Below the pieces are notes generated by a model. The model ran no database searches. It was not told the origin of the DNA and saw only the letters and a list, made by a program, of their open reading frames with translations. Below are positions 28,252 to 36,866 of a DNA stretch of 64,000 nucleotides, one piece after another; positions within the stretch are counted from its first letter, which is position 1; the number at the start of each line of letters is the position of its first letter. The stretch lies in the IMG/VR virus record IMGVR_UViG_2061766007_000322. One strand, given 5' to 3'. Position numbers and translations under genes: made by a program. The stretch comes from an uncultured virus (IMG/VR IMGVR_UViG_2061766007_000322) (lineage: Duplodnaviria; Heunggongvirae; Uroviricota; Caudoviricetes).

Positions 28252-30612
28252 ATGACAAATATTTATGATACATCAATTCTCCCATATAACGGATATGATA
28301 ATACATATATGGAAAGTTTTGAAATTGACTCATGGAACAAATTTGTTGATGTGGCAATGGAATCTGTTGGAATGGATGATAATATAGAAATTAAGGATTT
28401 TCTTTATAAATATGCAGATTCTGTAGTTTATGAAAAAGCAATTAATCCAAATAGTGAAATTTCAAAATTACTTAAAGAAGCTAAAAATGAATATAAGACA
28501 AATTTAAAAAAAGCTCGTAAAGCTATTAAGACTGGTGATAGAGCGACTGCACATAAAGAAATTAATAACGCTATTTCTGCTCTTATGAAGGCTCAGAAAA
28601 GTTCCGAGAAAATTATGAAAGAAGATTCTACAAGTTTCAATTCTGCTATGGGATTTGTTGTAGTAACACTTATTGATTGTGCTAAACTTTTTCTTGTTAC
28701 ACTTGCTACTGGTGGTATTGGTACAGTATTTGTTGCTGGATATCAGGCTATCAAAGATATTGTAGCAGTTCTTCAATCATCTATGAATAAGAAAGATATG
28801 CAACCAGAAGATTATAATATGCTTTGGCTTAGACACAAGACTTTATATTCTAAACTTATTAAACAGCTTGAAGTATTTGATAAGTCTATTGATGACGCCG
28901 TTGATAAAGATACTGGAAAGAATACTGGTAACAACACATCTCTTAAGGATAAGGTTAGTGCTAAAGCCAAGGATATTAAATCTAAGATTGATACTAAAGC
29001 TGAGAATATCAAAGCAAAGTTCAAGAAGGAATCGGCTGATGAGGTTGATGAAAATGCCGCTTCTGTTGTAAGCTCATTATTACCTCAGGGTCAGGGTGCT
29101 TATGGTGTAAACGATGATACTGTAGAAGATATGGTTGATTCTGATGAGGATAATATTGATCAGTTTGAAAGAGATATTAAAGAATCTTATGATGAAAATA
29201 TCATTTATACAACTTCAATGATGTGTGAAGCCGGCGGAATTAAAGAAACCGCTGATAAAATTATTCAGAAGATTAAGAATATCGGTCATGGTAAAGACGG
29301 TGAAGTTCGCCGTAATGTTATACAGAAGGCATCCAAACTTCAGACTTCTATTATTCTCAATCAGATTCGTATGAAGGTTGAAGTTGCTAAAGATCCTAAG
29401 AATGGTAAAAATACTGCAACATATAAGAATGCTTTAAGAGAAACTATTAGACTTGAAAAGGACCTCAGAAAAGTTATTGGACTTATGAGTGATGTTGAAA
29501 AGGACGCATTTACAGCATTCTGTCGTGAACTTAGCAAGAGTTCAAAAGAAACGGAGACCACCATGGTTTCTGATGCAAAAGAAGCTCGTAAAGCTACTAT
29601 CACTACAAATCAGGGTGATGGTAAGAAAATTAATAAGAAGCTTGGTATTAAAACCGAAGCTGCTGATGATACAAAGAAAGATACAAAAGAAGCATCTGGT
29701 AATAATAAACTTAGTAAGATTTACTATACTCAGTTAGATCTTCTTGAAGCAAATCAGGAAGTTATCGTTTATAAAAGAGCTGGTATTCCTGATAAGATTG
29801 ATAAGAAGAGTGCTGAAAATATTAAGAAAATTGAAGAGAAGATTAAGGCTATGAAAGAATGTCTTAATCCTGCTGAGAAAGTTGCATTTACAGGATTTAC
29901 TTCTAAGGCACAGGGTATATATAATAAATATACATCTCAGGCTGTTAAGGAGATTACAAATTCTGAAGATGCAGATGATGCTGAGGCAACTCTCATTGAT
30001 ATTGTAGATCAGGAAAATGCTGAGATTGCTAAGATGTATCCAAAATATTTAGAGGATTATCTTGAGGAATCAGTATCTGATTATTATTCAGAAGCTGCTA
30101 ATATTGATAAGGAAATTCAAGAATATATTGATAGACTTAATGATAAAGGTTATAAAACATTATATTCTTCACCAGGTCATCAAAATATAAAAGCGAAAGA
30201 AGACCCAAATAAAGATGGAGTTTATTATGAAAAAATCTATAATGATGCAAGAATTATGTTTGATGATAAATATAATTTTGGAGTTGCTCCAAAATATTGG
30301 TATTGGAGACAAGTTGATGGTAAATCGTATCTTGATATCATTCCTATTACATTTAGCAGAGATAAAGATTCGAGAGATAAACAGTATGCTGAGTGGAAAA
30401 AGAAATATTTAAAATCTCTTAGTGACTGGATTGATGAATTGCCAGATGCTTCAGATAATGGTAAAAAGAAAGATGAATCTTATGATTCAAAAGGTAATGC
30501 TGAAGACATCGATACTACTGATAAAAATGATACAACTGAAGAAGAAGTTAAAGAAGTAGAAGAATCTGTAATGAGTAATTTATTTGCATCAATGGGTATG
30601 ATATATGGCTAA
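28252..30612 (+). CDS. Probable virion/head protein with many X-E|S/A motifs and a C-terminal Tyw3-like module
   Basis: YMESF, AMESV, IKESY, MCEAG, KTEAA, LEESV, YSEAA; IDKEI...LNDKGYKTLYSSPGH; GACA-N6-TAA at 28196. Confidence 0.6.
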   Translation: MTNIYDTSILPYNGYDNTYMESFEIDSWNKFVDVAMESVGMDDNIEIKDFLYKYADSVVYEKAINPNSEISKLLKEAKNEYKTNLKKARKAIKTGDRATAHKEINNAISALMKAQKSSEKIMKEDSTSFNSAMGFVVVTLIDCAKLFLVTLATGGIGTVFVAGYQAIKDIVAVLQSSMNKKDMQPEDYNMLWLRHKTLYSKLIKQLEVFDKSIDDAVDKDTGKNTGNNTSLKDKVSAKAKDIKSKIDTKAENIKAKFKKESADEVDENAASVVSSLLPQGQGAYGVNDDTVEDMVDSDEDNIDQFERDIKESYDENIIYTTSMMCEAGGIKETADKIIQKIKNIGHGKDGEVRRNVIQKASKLQTSIILNQIRMKVEVAKDPKNGKNTATYKNALRETIRLEKDLRKVIGLMSDVEKDAFTAFCRELSKSSKETETTMVSDAKEARKATITTNQGDGKKINKKLGIKTEAADDTKKDTKEASGNNKLSKIYYTQLDLLEANQEVIVYKRAGIPDKIDKKSAENIKKIEEKIKAMKECLNPAEKVAFTGFTSKAQGIYNKYTSQAVKEITNSEDADDAEATLIDIVDQENAEIAKMYPKYLEDYLEESVSDYYSEAANIDKEIQEYIDRLNDKGYKTLYSSPGHQNIKAKEDPNKDGVYYEKIYNDARIMFDDKYNFGVAPKYWYWRQVDGKSYLDIIPITFSRDKDSRDKQYAEWKKKYLKSLSDWIDELPDASDNGKKKDESYDSKGNAEDIDTTDKNDTTEEEVKEVEESVMSNLFASMGMIYG

Positions 30613-30862
30613 GCCGAATAATAAATCAGAAATAAACAAAGTTCGTGAAAAACTTTGGAATTGGATGATTAATGCAAATGGTCAAGAAAAATGGTTTTCT
30701 ATGAGAGCTGAAGCTATTGAAATTATTAAAAATGAAGCTATTAAAATTAAAGCTCAAAACGGTTATGTTACATATGCAGATTTACCTGATTGGGTTAAAT
30801 CTATGGCTATTGATCATATGTATTATCCAGAAGATGTTAAGTTAATACTTTATAAGATATAA
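30605..30862 (+). CDS. Hypothetical protein
   Basis: 85-aa ORF overlapping the upstream stop; terminator at 30869-30904. Confidence 0.6.
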   Translation: MAKPNNKSEINKVREKLWNWMINANGQEKWFSMRAEAIEIIKNEAIKIKAQNGYVTYADLPDWVKSMAIDHMYYPEDVKLILYKI

Positions 30863-30955
30863 AAATATACCAAGAGATGAATATATATTTATCTCTTGGT
30901 TTTTCTATCCCAAAACAAAAAAATAACTTAATAAAGTGTGAAAGGAAGTAATACT

Positions 30956-33900
30956 ATGAGTAATTTTTTTAATGAAATACTCAAGGGTAATATTCCTGAA
31001 GTAAACAATATCAATGAAAGTCTTGATATTGAGACTGATGGTGAAATTTTTACCGAAGCAGTATTTGCAGATAAAATACCATACATGAAAGTATTTCCAA
31101 GAATATTTAATTTACCTAAAGGAGAACCTTTTGGTAAAGGAATTATTTGTTTTTTATATAGTAGAAATATTGAAGATTCTATTAATAAAATGAGTAATCC
31201 TGTAAATGCTATTCCTGGAAATAGATTTTATTTTTATTATATTAATAATATTTACAAAGGTAAAATATATTCCAGAATGTATAAAAGACGTATTACAGAA
31301 AAACGTAAAGAAGTATATAGAAAAGTTCAAAACGATGTTCAATATATACATCCGTATAGGCCATTGTCTATTAATAAGAACGAGACAAAGAATATCTTTA
31401 TTGATTTATCAGAATATGTTAATATTTTTTTTACAACTATGCGTAAAATAAGTCCTAAAAAATATGTGGAAAACTATTGGACTTTCTTTAAATCAGTATT
31501 AAAGTCGTATGACTATCTTGATAATTATCATACAAAAATGATGCTTATCAATATTAATGAATTTAAATTTGAAAAAAATATTATTAAGAATTTGGATAAT
31601 CCGATGTACATGTTCTATTATACTTTATTCAGATATCCTGATTTATTAAATGATATAGATATAGATTTCTATTTTTATTCAGATGGAAAGGTTCTTAAGT
31701 ATAATCCTGTTAAAAATGGCACTGGAAAAGAAATATATCAGCAGTATAGAATACTTATGAAAAGATTGGCATCCACTGCAAGTTTTGAAATTAATGATAA
31801 AGAAGTTATTAAAGATGAAATTACAGAAAATGCTATTGAAAAGTATACTGATATAATTGAACACCCTGCAAAAAATCAATCTACTGCTATTTCAGAAAAT
31901 TCTGAAAATGATAATAATATTAAAGAAAGAATTGTGCAGAAAGTTGATAGTGTTCGTAAAGAAGTCGATATAGTTTTATCGGGTATTAATGAAGAAGAAT
32001 CTGAAGAAGTAAATCCAGATGATTTAAAAGATTTAATTGATACAAAAGTCGAAAACGAAATTAATGCTGATAGAGAGCTTATCAAAGATATCTATAATCA
32101 AACAAGTCGTCAAATTGTTCCTACGACACCTGTTTTATCTGCAAGAGATAAAATGCTTAAAGAAAAACAGAAGGATATTGTCATTAAAGGTACAACTATT
32201 GCAGATATCCAAAAAGTAAAAGCAGAACATGTACCTATTCCTGAAAAAGATATATCAAACTCAGTTAATACTACTAATAAGAATATGACTCATCTTAAAT
32301 TCCAAAATTTTGAAAAGGCGTATAATGAAAATGTAATGCCTCAGGATATAGTAAATGCAATTTTAGCTCTTAATAATAAATCTATTCCATTATTCGTAAG
32401 AGATATTAAAGTTGAAGACACTTCTGATGAGCTTAACTATAAAGAAACATATACAATACTTCTTGAAGATGTTAATAGGCAGAGACATACTGTAAAGGTT
32501 GATATACCTAAATTCCTTGAAGATAAATTTTTATATATTGGTGGTAATAAGAAAGTTATTAAAAAACAGAGCTTGTTATTACCTGTTACAAAAACAGATG
32601 CGGATACTGTTCAAATTGTAACAAATTACAACAAAATGTTTATTCGTCGTGTTGATACAAAGTCTGTATCATCTGTAGAAAGATTTAAGAAAGTCTTAAA
32701 AGATTCAGATGATTTAAAAAGATTTTTCGTATTCGGTTCTACTATAACAACAAATGTGGACTATGTAACAACAATTGAATATGATGAATTATCTAAAATA
32801 TTTATTACATTTAAAACTGATAGTTGTACTATATTCTTTAGCCAAAAAGAAGCGGAAGAATATCGCCAGGAACATAGAATTCAGGCTATTTCAAATGCAA
32901 TGTTTATTGGCGAAGAAAATGGAAAACCAATTTATATTAACACAGATGATCAGTTAAGTTTAGTCGGTCATAAGACTATAGTTGATATAATTCTTTCTCA
33001 TTTACCTGACGATGTATTAAAGAAATATTCTGGAACACATGCACCTAAAAGACTTATGTACACAAAAGTTAAAGTTATGGATCAGGATATGCCAGTAATT
33101 ATGCTCATATGTTTTTGGGAAGGATTTAGCGAAGTTCTTAAAAAAGCTAATGTAAAATATACTATATCTGAAACTCAACCTAAAACTCTTGGTACAAATG
33201 AAAATGTATTAAGATTTAAAAATTGTTGGATTACTTATAATGAAACTACTGGGCAATCATTACTTCTTAATGGTTTGAGAATTATTGATACAACGCAGTA
33301 TGATTTATCTGAAATGGATACAATGGAACCTTATGTAAGATATTTTGAAAAGATATTTGGTAAGGCTACGATTGGTAATGCTCTTCAGAACTTCTATGAA
33401 TTTTCTATTGATCCAATTACATTAGAAATTCTTAAGGATATTCATCTTCCGACAGATATAGTTAGTCTTATGATTTATGCTGTAAATCTTTTACAAGATT
33501 CACAGTTTGTTCCTGAAATTAATCAGGGATTATCGAGAATTCGTAGTAATGAGATTGTTCCTGCTATTCTTTATGAAGCACTTGCCAAAAATTATATACT
33601 TTATAAGAATTCTAATGGCAAAAAGAAATTTTCTATTCCACAAGATATAGTAATTAAGAATTTAATTGGTCTGAAAACGGTTGAAGATTATTCGACACTT
33701 AATCCTGTACTTGAGATGGAAACAATTCATGGTGTGTCTAATAAAGGTTTTCGTGGTGTTAACCTTGATGAAGCATATACTATGAAAAAGAGAGCATATG
33801 ATTCTTCTATGACAGGTATTATTGCACCATCATCATCACCAGACGGATCCGTTGGTGTAAACAAAGTTCTTACTATGGAACCAAGTATAACATCTGTTCG

Positions 33901-35209
33901 TGGATATGTCGATATCAAATCAGATAGACTTGACGAACTTAAAGATGTAAACTTGTTTTCACCAGGTGAATTATCAATCCCTCTTGGTGCTACAAGAGAC
34001 GATCCCACACGTTTAGGCCATGCTAATAAACAATCTAAGCATGTTATTCCTGTAAAAGATTCTTCACCAGTTCTTATTTCAAATGGCTTTGAAGAAGTAT
34101 GTAGATTTAAGTTATCCTCAGACTTCGTTGTTAATGCTGATGAAGATGGTGAAGTAATTGAAAAAGATGAAAAAAGACAGCTTATGATTGTAAAATATAA
34201 ATCTGGTAAATATAAAGCAGTTAATATTGGTAAGACAATTGTTAAAAATGGAGGCGGTGGTTTCTTCTTATCAAATCAGCTTGAAACTCATTTTAATGTA
34301 GGAGATAAGTTTAAGAAGAATGACTGTTTAGCATACCATAAAAACTTCTTTACTTCAGATAAATTTAATGACACAAGAATGAATATGGGTACACTTGCTA
34401 AAGTTGCCCTTATGTCAACATACCAGACTTTCCAGGATGCAACATTCATTTCACAAAGACTTGCTGATGCTGCTGCAACTGAAATTTGTTTCATGAAACA
34501 AGCTGTTATTGGTAAAAATTCAAATATTACATTTATGATTGAAGAAGGCCGAAATATTAATGTTGGTGACCCACTTATTCAATTTGATACATCATATAAT
34601 GATAATGAATTAAATGAGCTTCTTGCTGCTATTGGTAATGACCAAGTAAAAGATAAGATTATGGAAGAAGCAAGGAATACAATAAAGAGTAAATATTCTG
34701 GTGTTGTAGAATCCATTGAAATATATGCTACAGTTCCTCTTGAAGAAATGAGTCCTTCACTTAGAGCTATTTGCTCGAAGTACTATAAGAAGGTTAGTAG
34801 TAGAAACGCTTTATTGGAAAAATACGACCCCGAATCCAAGAATTCTGTTGTAAAATGTGGTATTCTTTGTAAAGAACCCAATCATCAAATTGAAGCTAAT
34901 AAATATGGTGTTATTAAAGGACAGAATGTTGAAGATTCTATTTTAATCAATTTCTATATTAAACATATGGAGCCTTTGGAGATTGGTTCTAAAATAGCAA
35001 ACTTTACAGCTCTTAAAAATACTATTGGTGAAATTGTACCTGAAGGATATGAACCATATAGTAGTTTTAGACCTGATGAAGTTGTTGATACAATGATAGC
35101 ATCAAACTCAATTCTTAAACGTATGACACCAAGCGTTACATTAACCGTACTTGGTAATAAATGCATAATTGAGTTAAAAAATAGACTTAAAGAAATTTAT
35201 GATAAATAA
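30956..35209 (+). CDS. Phage multisubunit RNA polymerase beta-like subunit (probably virion RNAP)
   Basis: YIGGNKKV, NPVLE, SSPDGSVG, DDPTR...KQSKH, QDATFIS, IGSKIA..ALKNTIG, SILKRMT; long N-terminal extension with INES/FTEA; AACA-N6-TAA at 30914. Confidence 0.9.
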   Translation: MSNFFNEILKGNIPEVNNINESLDIETDGEIFTEAVFADKIPYMKVFPRIFNLPKGEPFGKGIICFLYSRNIEDSINKMSNPVNAIPGNRFYFYYINNIYKGKIYSRMYKRRITEKRKEVYRKVQNDVQYIHPYRPLSINKNETKNIFIDLSEYVNIFFTTMRKISPKKYVENYWTFFKSVLKSYDYLDNYHTKMMLININEFKFEKNIIKNLDNPMYMFYYTLFRYPDLLNDIDIDFYFYSDGKVLKYNPVKNGTGKEIYQQYRILMKRLASTASFEINDKEVIKDEITENAIEKYTDIIEHPAKNQSTAISENSENDNNIKERIVQKVDSVRKEVDIVLSGINEEESEEVNPDDLKDLIDTKVENEINADRELIKDIYNQTSRQIVPTTPVLSARDKMLKEKQKDIVIKGTTIADIQKVKAEHVPIPEKDISNSVNTTNKNMTHLKFQNFEKAYNENVMPQDIVNAILALNNKSIPLFVRDIKVEDTSDELNYKETYTILLEDVNRQRHTVKVDIPKFLEDKFLYIGGNKKVIKKQSLLLPVTKTDADTVQIVTNYNKMFIRRVDTKSVSSVERFKKVLKDSDDLKRFFVFGSTITTNVDYVTTIEYDELSKIFITFKTDSCTIFFSQKEAEEYRQEHRIQAISNAMFIGEENGKPIYINTDDQLSLVGHKTIVDIILSHLPDDVLKKYSGTHAPKRLMYTKVKVMDQDMPVIMLICFWEGFSEVLKKANVKYTISETQPKTLGTNENVLRFKNCWITYNETTGQSLLLNGLRIIDTTQYDLSEMDTMEPYVRYFEKIFGKATIGNALQNFYEFSIDPITLEILKDIHLPTDIVSLMIYAVNLLQDSQFVPEINQGLSRIRSNEIVPAILYEALAKNYILYKNSNGKKKFSIPQDIVIKNLIGLKTVEDYSTLNPVLEMETIHGVSNKGFRGVNLDEAYTMKKRAYDSSMTGIIAPSSSPDGSVGVNKVLTMEPSITSVRGYVDIKSDRLDELKDVNLFSPGELSIPLGATRDDPTRLGHANKQSKHVIPVKDSSPVLISNGFEEVCRFKLSSDFVVNADEDGEVIEKDEKRQLMIVKYKSGKYKAVNIGKTIVKNGGGGFFLSNQLETHFNVGDKFKKNDCLAYHKNFFTSDKFNDTRMNMGTLAKVALMSTYQTFQDATFISQRLADAAATEICFMKQAVIGKNSNITFMIEEGRNINVGDPLIQFDTSYNDNELNELLAAIGNDQVKDKIMEEARNTIKSKYSGVVESIEIYATVPLEEMSPSLRAICSKYYKKVSSRNALLEKYDPESKNSVVKCGILCKEPNHQIEANKYGVIKGQNVEDSILINFYIKHMEPLEIGSKIANFTALKNTIGEIVPEGYEPYSSFRPDEVVDTMIASNSILKRMTPSVTLTVLGNKCIIELKNRLKEIYDK

Positions 35210-35214
35210 AAAAA

Positions 35215-35247
35215 TGAGGGCTGTGCTTGGCAATAACACAGTCCTCA
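35215..35247. terminator. Bidirectional terminator between convergent genes
   Basis: TGAGGGCTGTG...CACAGTCCTCA. Confidence 0.7.
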
Positions 35248-35281
35248 AATTTACATTCAGATATTGGCTCGTTGTTTTTTA

Positions 35282-35671
35282 TTAGATGGGCTCTGTACAG
35301 AACTCCATCCCTGGAACAACGAGCCAATAGCGGATTTCAGCACCATCCGGGAGAGATGTTGCACCCTCCGCCAACCTTGGACCCGAATACTGAGCTACCA
35401 GGGCAGTATCGCTGATCTTACCGCGTTCTACACCACTCAGTTTAATGCTGACGCGGTTCATAGGTATTGCCATTTCAAGCTGATCACTAACGATTTTAGC
35501 CATGTCCGCATGACCGATTGCACTCACAATGTTGGCTGCGAAGCTGCCTGTAGTAGTACGGCTGATATACTTCTTCACTTCTTCGATTGACATAGGAATG
35601 AAATCCACCATGGTACCTCCCTCAGGAAGCATATTGATACTAAACGCGTTCGTTATAAAAAGGTTTGACAT
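35282..35671 (-). CDS. acrIII-1: DUF1874 / STIV B116-like anti-CRISPR ring nuclease (AcrIII-1 family)
   Basis: ITNAFSINML, VSAIGHADMA (catalytic GH), MNRVSIKL, VAQYSGPRLAEGAT. Confidence 0.85.
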   Translation of the reverse strand: MSNLFITNAFSINMLPEGGTMVDFIPMSIEEVKKYISRTTTGSFAANIVSAIGHADMAKIVSDQLEMAIPMNRVSIKLSGVERGKISDTALVAQYSGPRLAEGATSLPDGAEIRYWLVVPGMEFCTEPI

Positions 35672-35812
35672 GATTGCTCCTTTCCCCAGACTTTCGTCCA
35701 GTCACCCGAGCATGAGTGGTGTATTTATTGGCTACACGGACCATAATATGTAAATGACAGATATAAACGCCTTATATAAGCATCCGTCATTTTACTACAA
35801 AAATAATATATA
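35672..35812 (-). promoter_or_regulatory. Class I promoter (35800-35812) plus structured 5' leader (copy A)
   Basis: ATGACGGAT/ATCTGTCAT; TGGT/GCCA with GTGTA/TACAC pseudoknot; CACTC-ATGCTC-GGGTG; GAC-GAAA-GTC; TGGGGAAAGGAGCAAT. Confidence 0.75.
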
Positions 35813-35946
35813 AATATCTATATATAAAATACGGATAGAAGTTATATATTATATATTTGGTGTTAAAAGATATTGTTAATGATTTATTTTAAAATATAAG
35901 AAATTACAATGCTTTAGACATCAATATAATAAAAAGGAGGATATGC

Positions 35947-36078
35947 ATGAAAACCAAGAAGAAAAAGAAAAAAAAGAGAAAAATAATCTTTAATGGTGAC
36001 AGAAATTCATTCTTCATAGATGATGTTCTTAACGCAGTCTATGACCATTATGAAAAGTACAGAAACCGTAATGATTAA
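35947..36078 (+). CDS. Small poly-Lys protein (43 aa, not in ORF track)
   Basis: AAGGAGG RBS; MKTKKKKKKKRKIIFNGD... Confidence 0.6.
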   Translation: MKTKKKKKKKRKIIFNGDRNSFFIDDVLNAVYDHYEKYRNRND

Positions 36079-36119
36079 CACATGCACTACTCAAATAAAT
36101 TATAAAGGAGACAACTAAC

Positions 36120-36698
36120 ATGTCAAAGACAAACAAGATTAAGCTCGAAGATCTTGCAGATTTGTTCGTAGCACCTAAAAAGAGCAAAAACGGAAAATCA
36201 GTAAAGCAGAGATTCAATAAAAAGAAATTCTCTATGCTTTGTACAGCCCTTGCTAATGATGTTGATTTCACAGAAACGATTATCAAGACGTCTAATGGTA
36301 AAATTGTTGACACAGAAGAAATCCTTGTAAGTAAGCAGTTCAGAAAGTTCTGTAAACTTATTTGTGAACGCATGGGTGTTGATAAGCATGACAGTGAAAA
36401 AATTATGACTGAAGATTTTGCTTTTACACCATCTGAGATGAAGCTTCTCTATGAACCGATGGCTGCAGCAATCCAGGAGTTTATCGCAAGAGACCAGTAT
36501 TTTGAGTTTCTTCCAACAAAGAATTTTAAAGGTTCAATATTCATGGACGATGTTCCTGAATCAGAAACCGTATCTGAAGTATTCTCTCCGAAAGATAGAA
36601 AGAGTCTTGGTAAGAGAAAGACAAAGAAACAGGCATATACTAAACTTGGTGTAAAATCTACATGTCCGAGTTATTGTAAAGAAACAACAAAAATATAA
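36120..36698 (+). CDS. Basic hypothetical protein, possibly DNA-binding
   Basis: 192-aa ORF, AAGGAG RBS; terminator at 36749-36789. Confidence 0.65.
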   Translation: MSKTNKIKLEDLADLFVAPKKSKNGKSVKQRFNKKKFSMLCTALANDVDFTETIIKTSNGKIVDTEEILVSKQFRKFCKLICERMGVDKHDSEKIMTEDFAFTPSEMKLLYEPMAAAIQEFIARDQYFEFLPTKNFKGSIFMDDVPESETVSEVFSPKDRKSLGKRKTKKQAYTKLGVKSTCPSYCKETTKI

Positions 36699-36866
36699 TG
36701 CCTGATAAATAAGCTAACAAGAGTTTGCTCATGAAAACATCCTTTAAAAATGCGGTACACGATTATGTCGTGTACCGCATTCTTTTTTTATATGGTTTGA
36801 AAACCCTCCTGAAAACATAGAAATAATGCCTAAACATATTAGTTTATGTGAGAGGAGGAACTTAAA

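Noticed and set aside
35672..35745. Leader as a ZTP riboswitch or hammerhead (GTGACTGG, GACGAAA)
   Set aside because: Only short word matches; the other conserved cores are missing and the words are not kept in the other copies.
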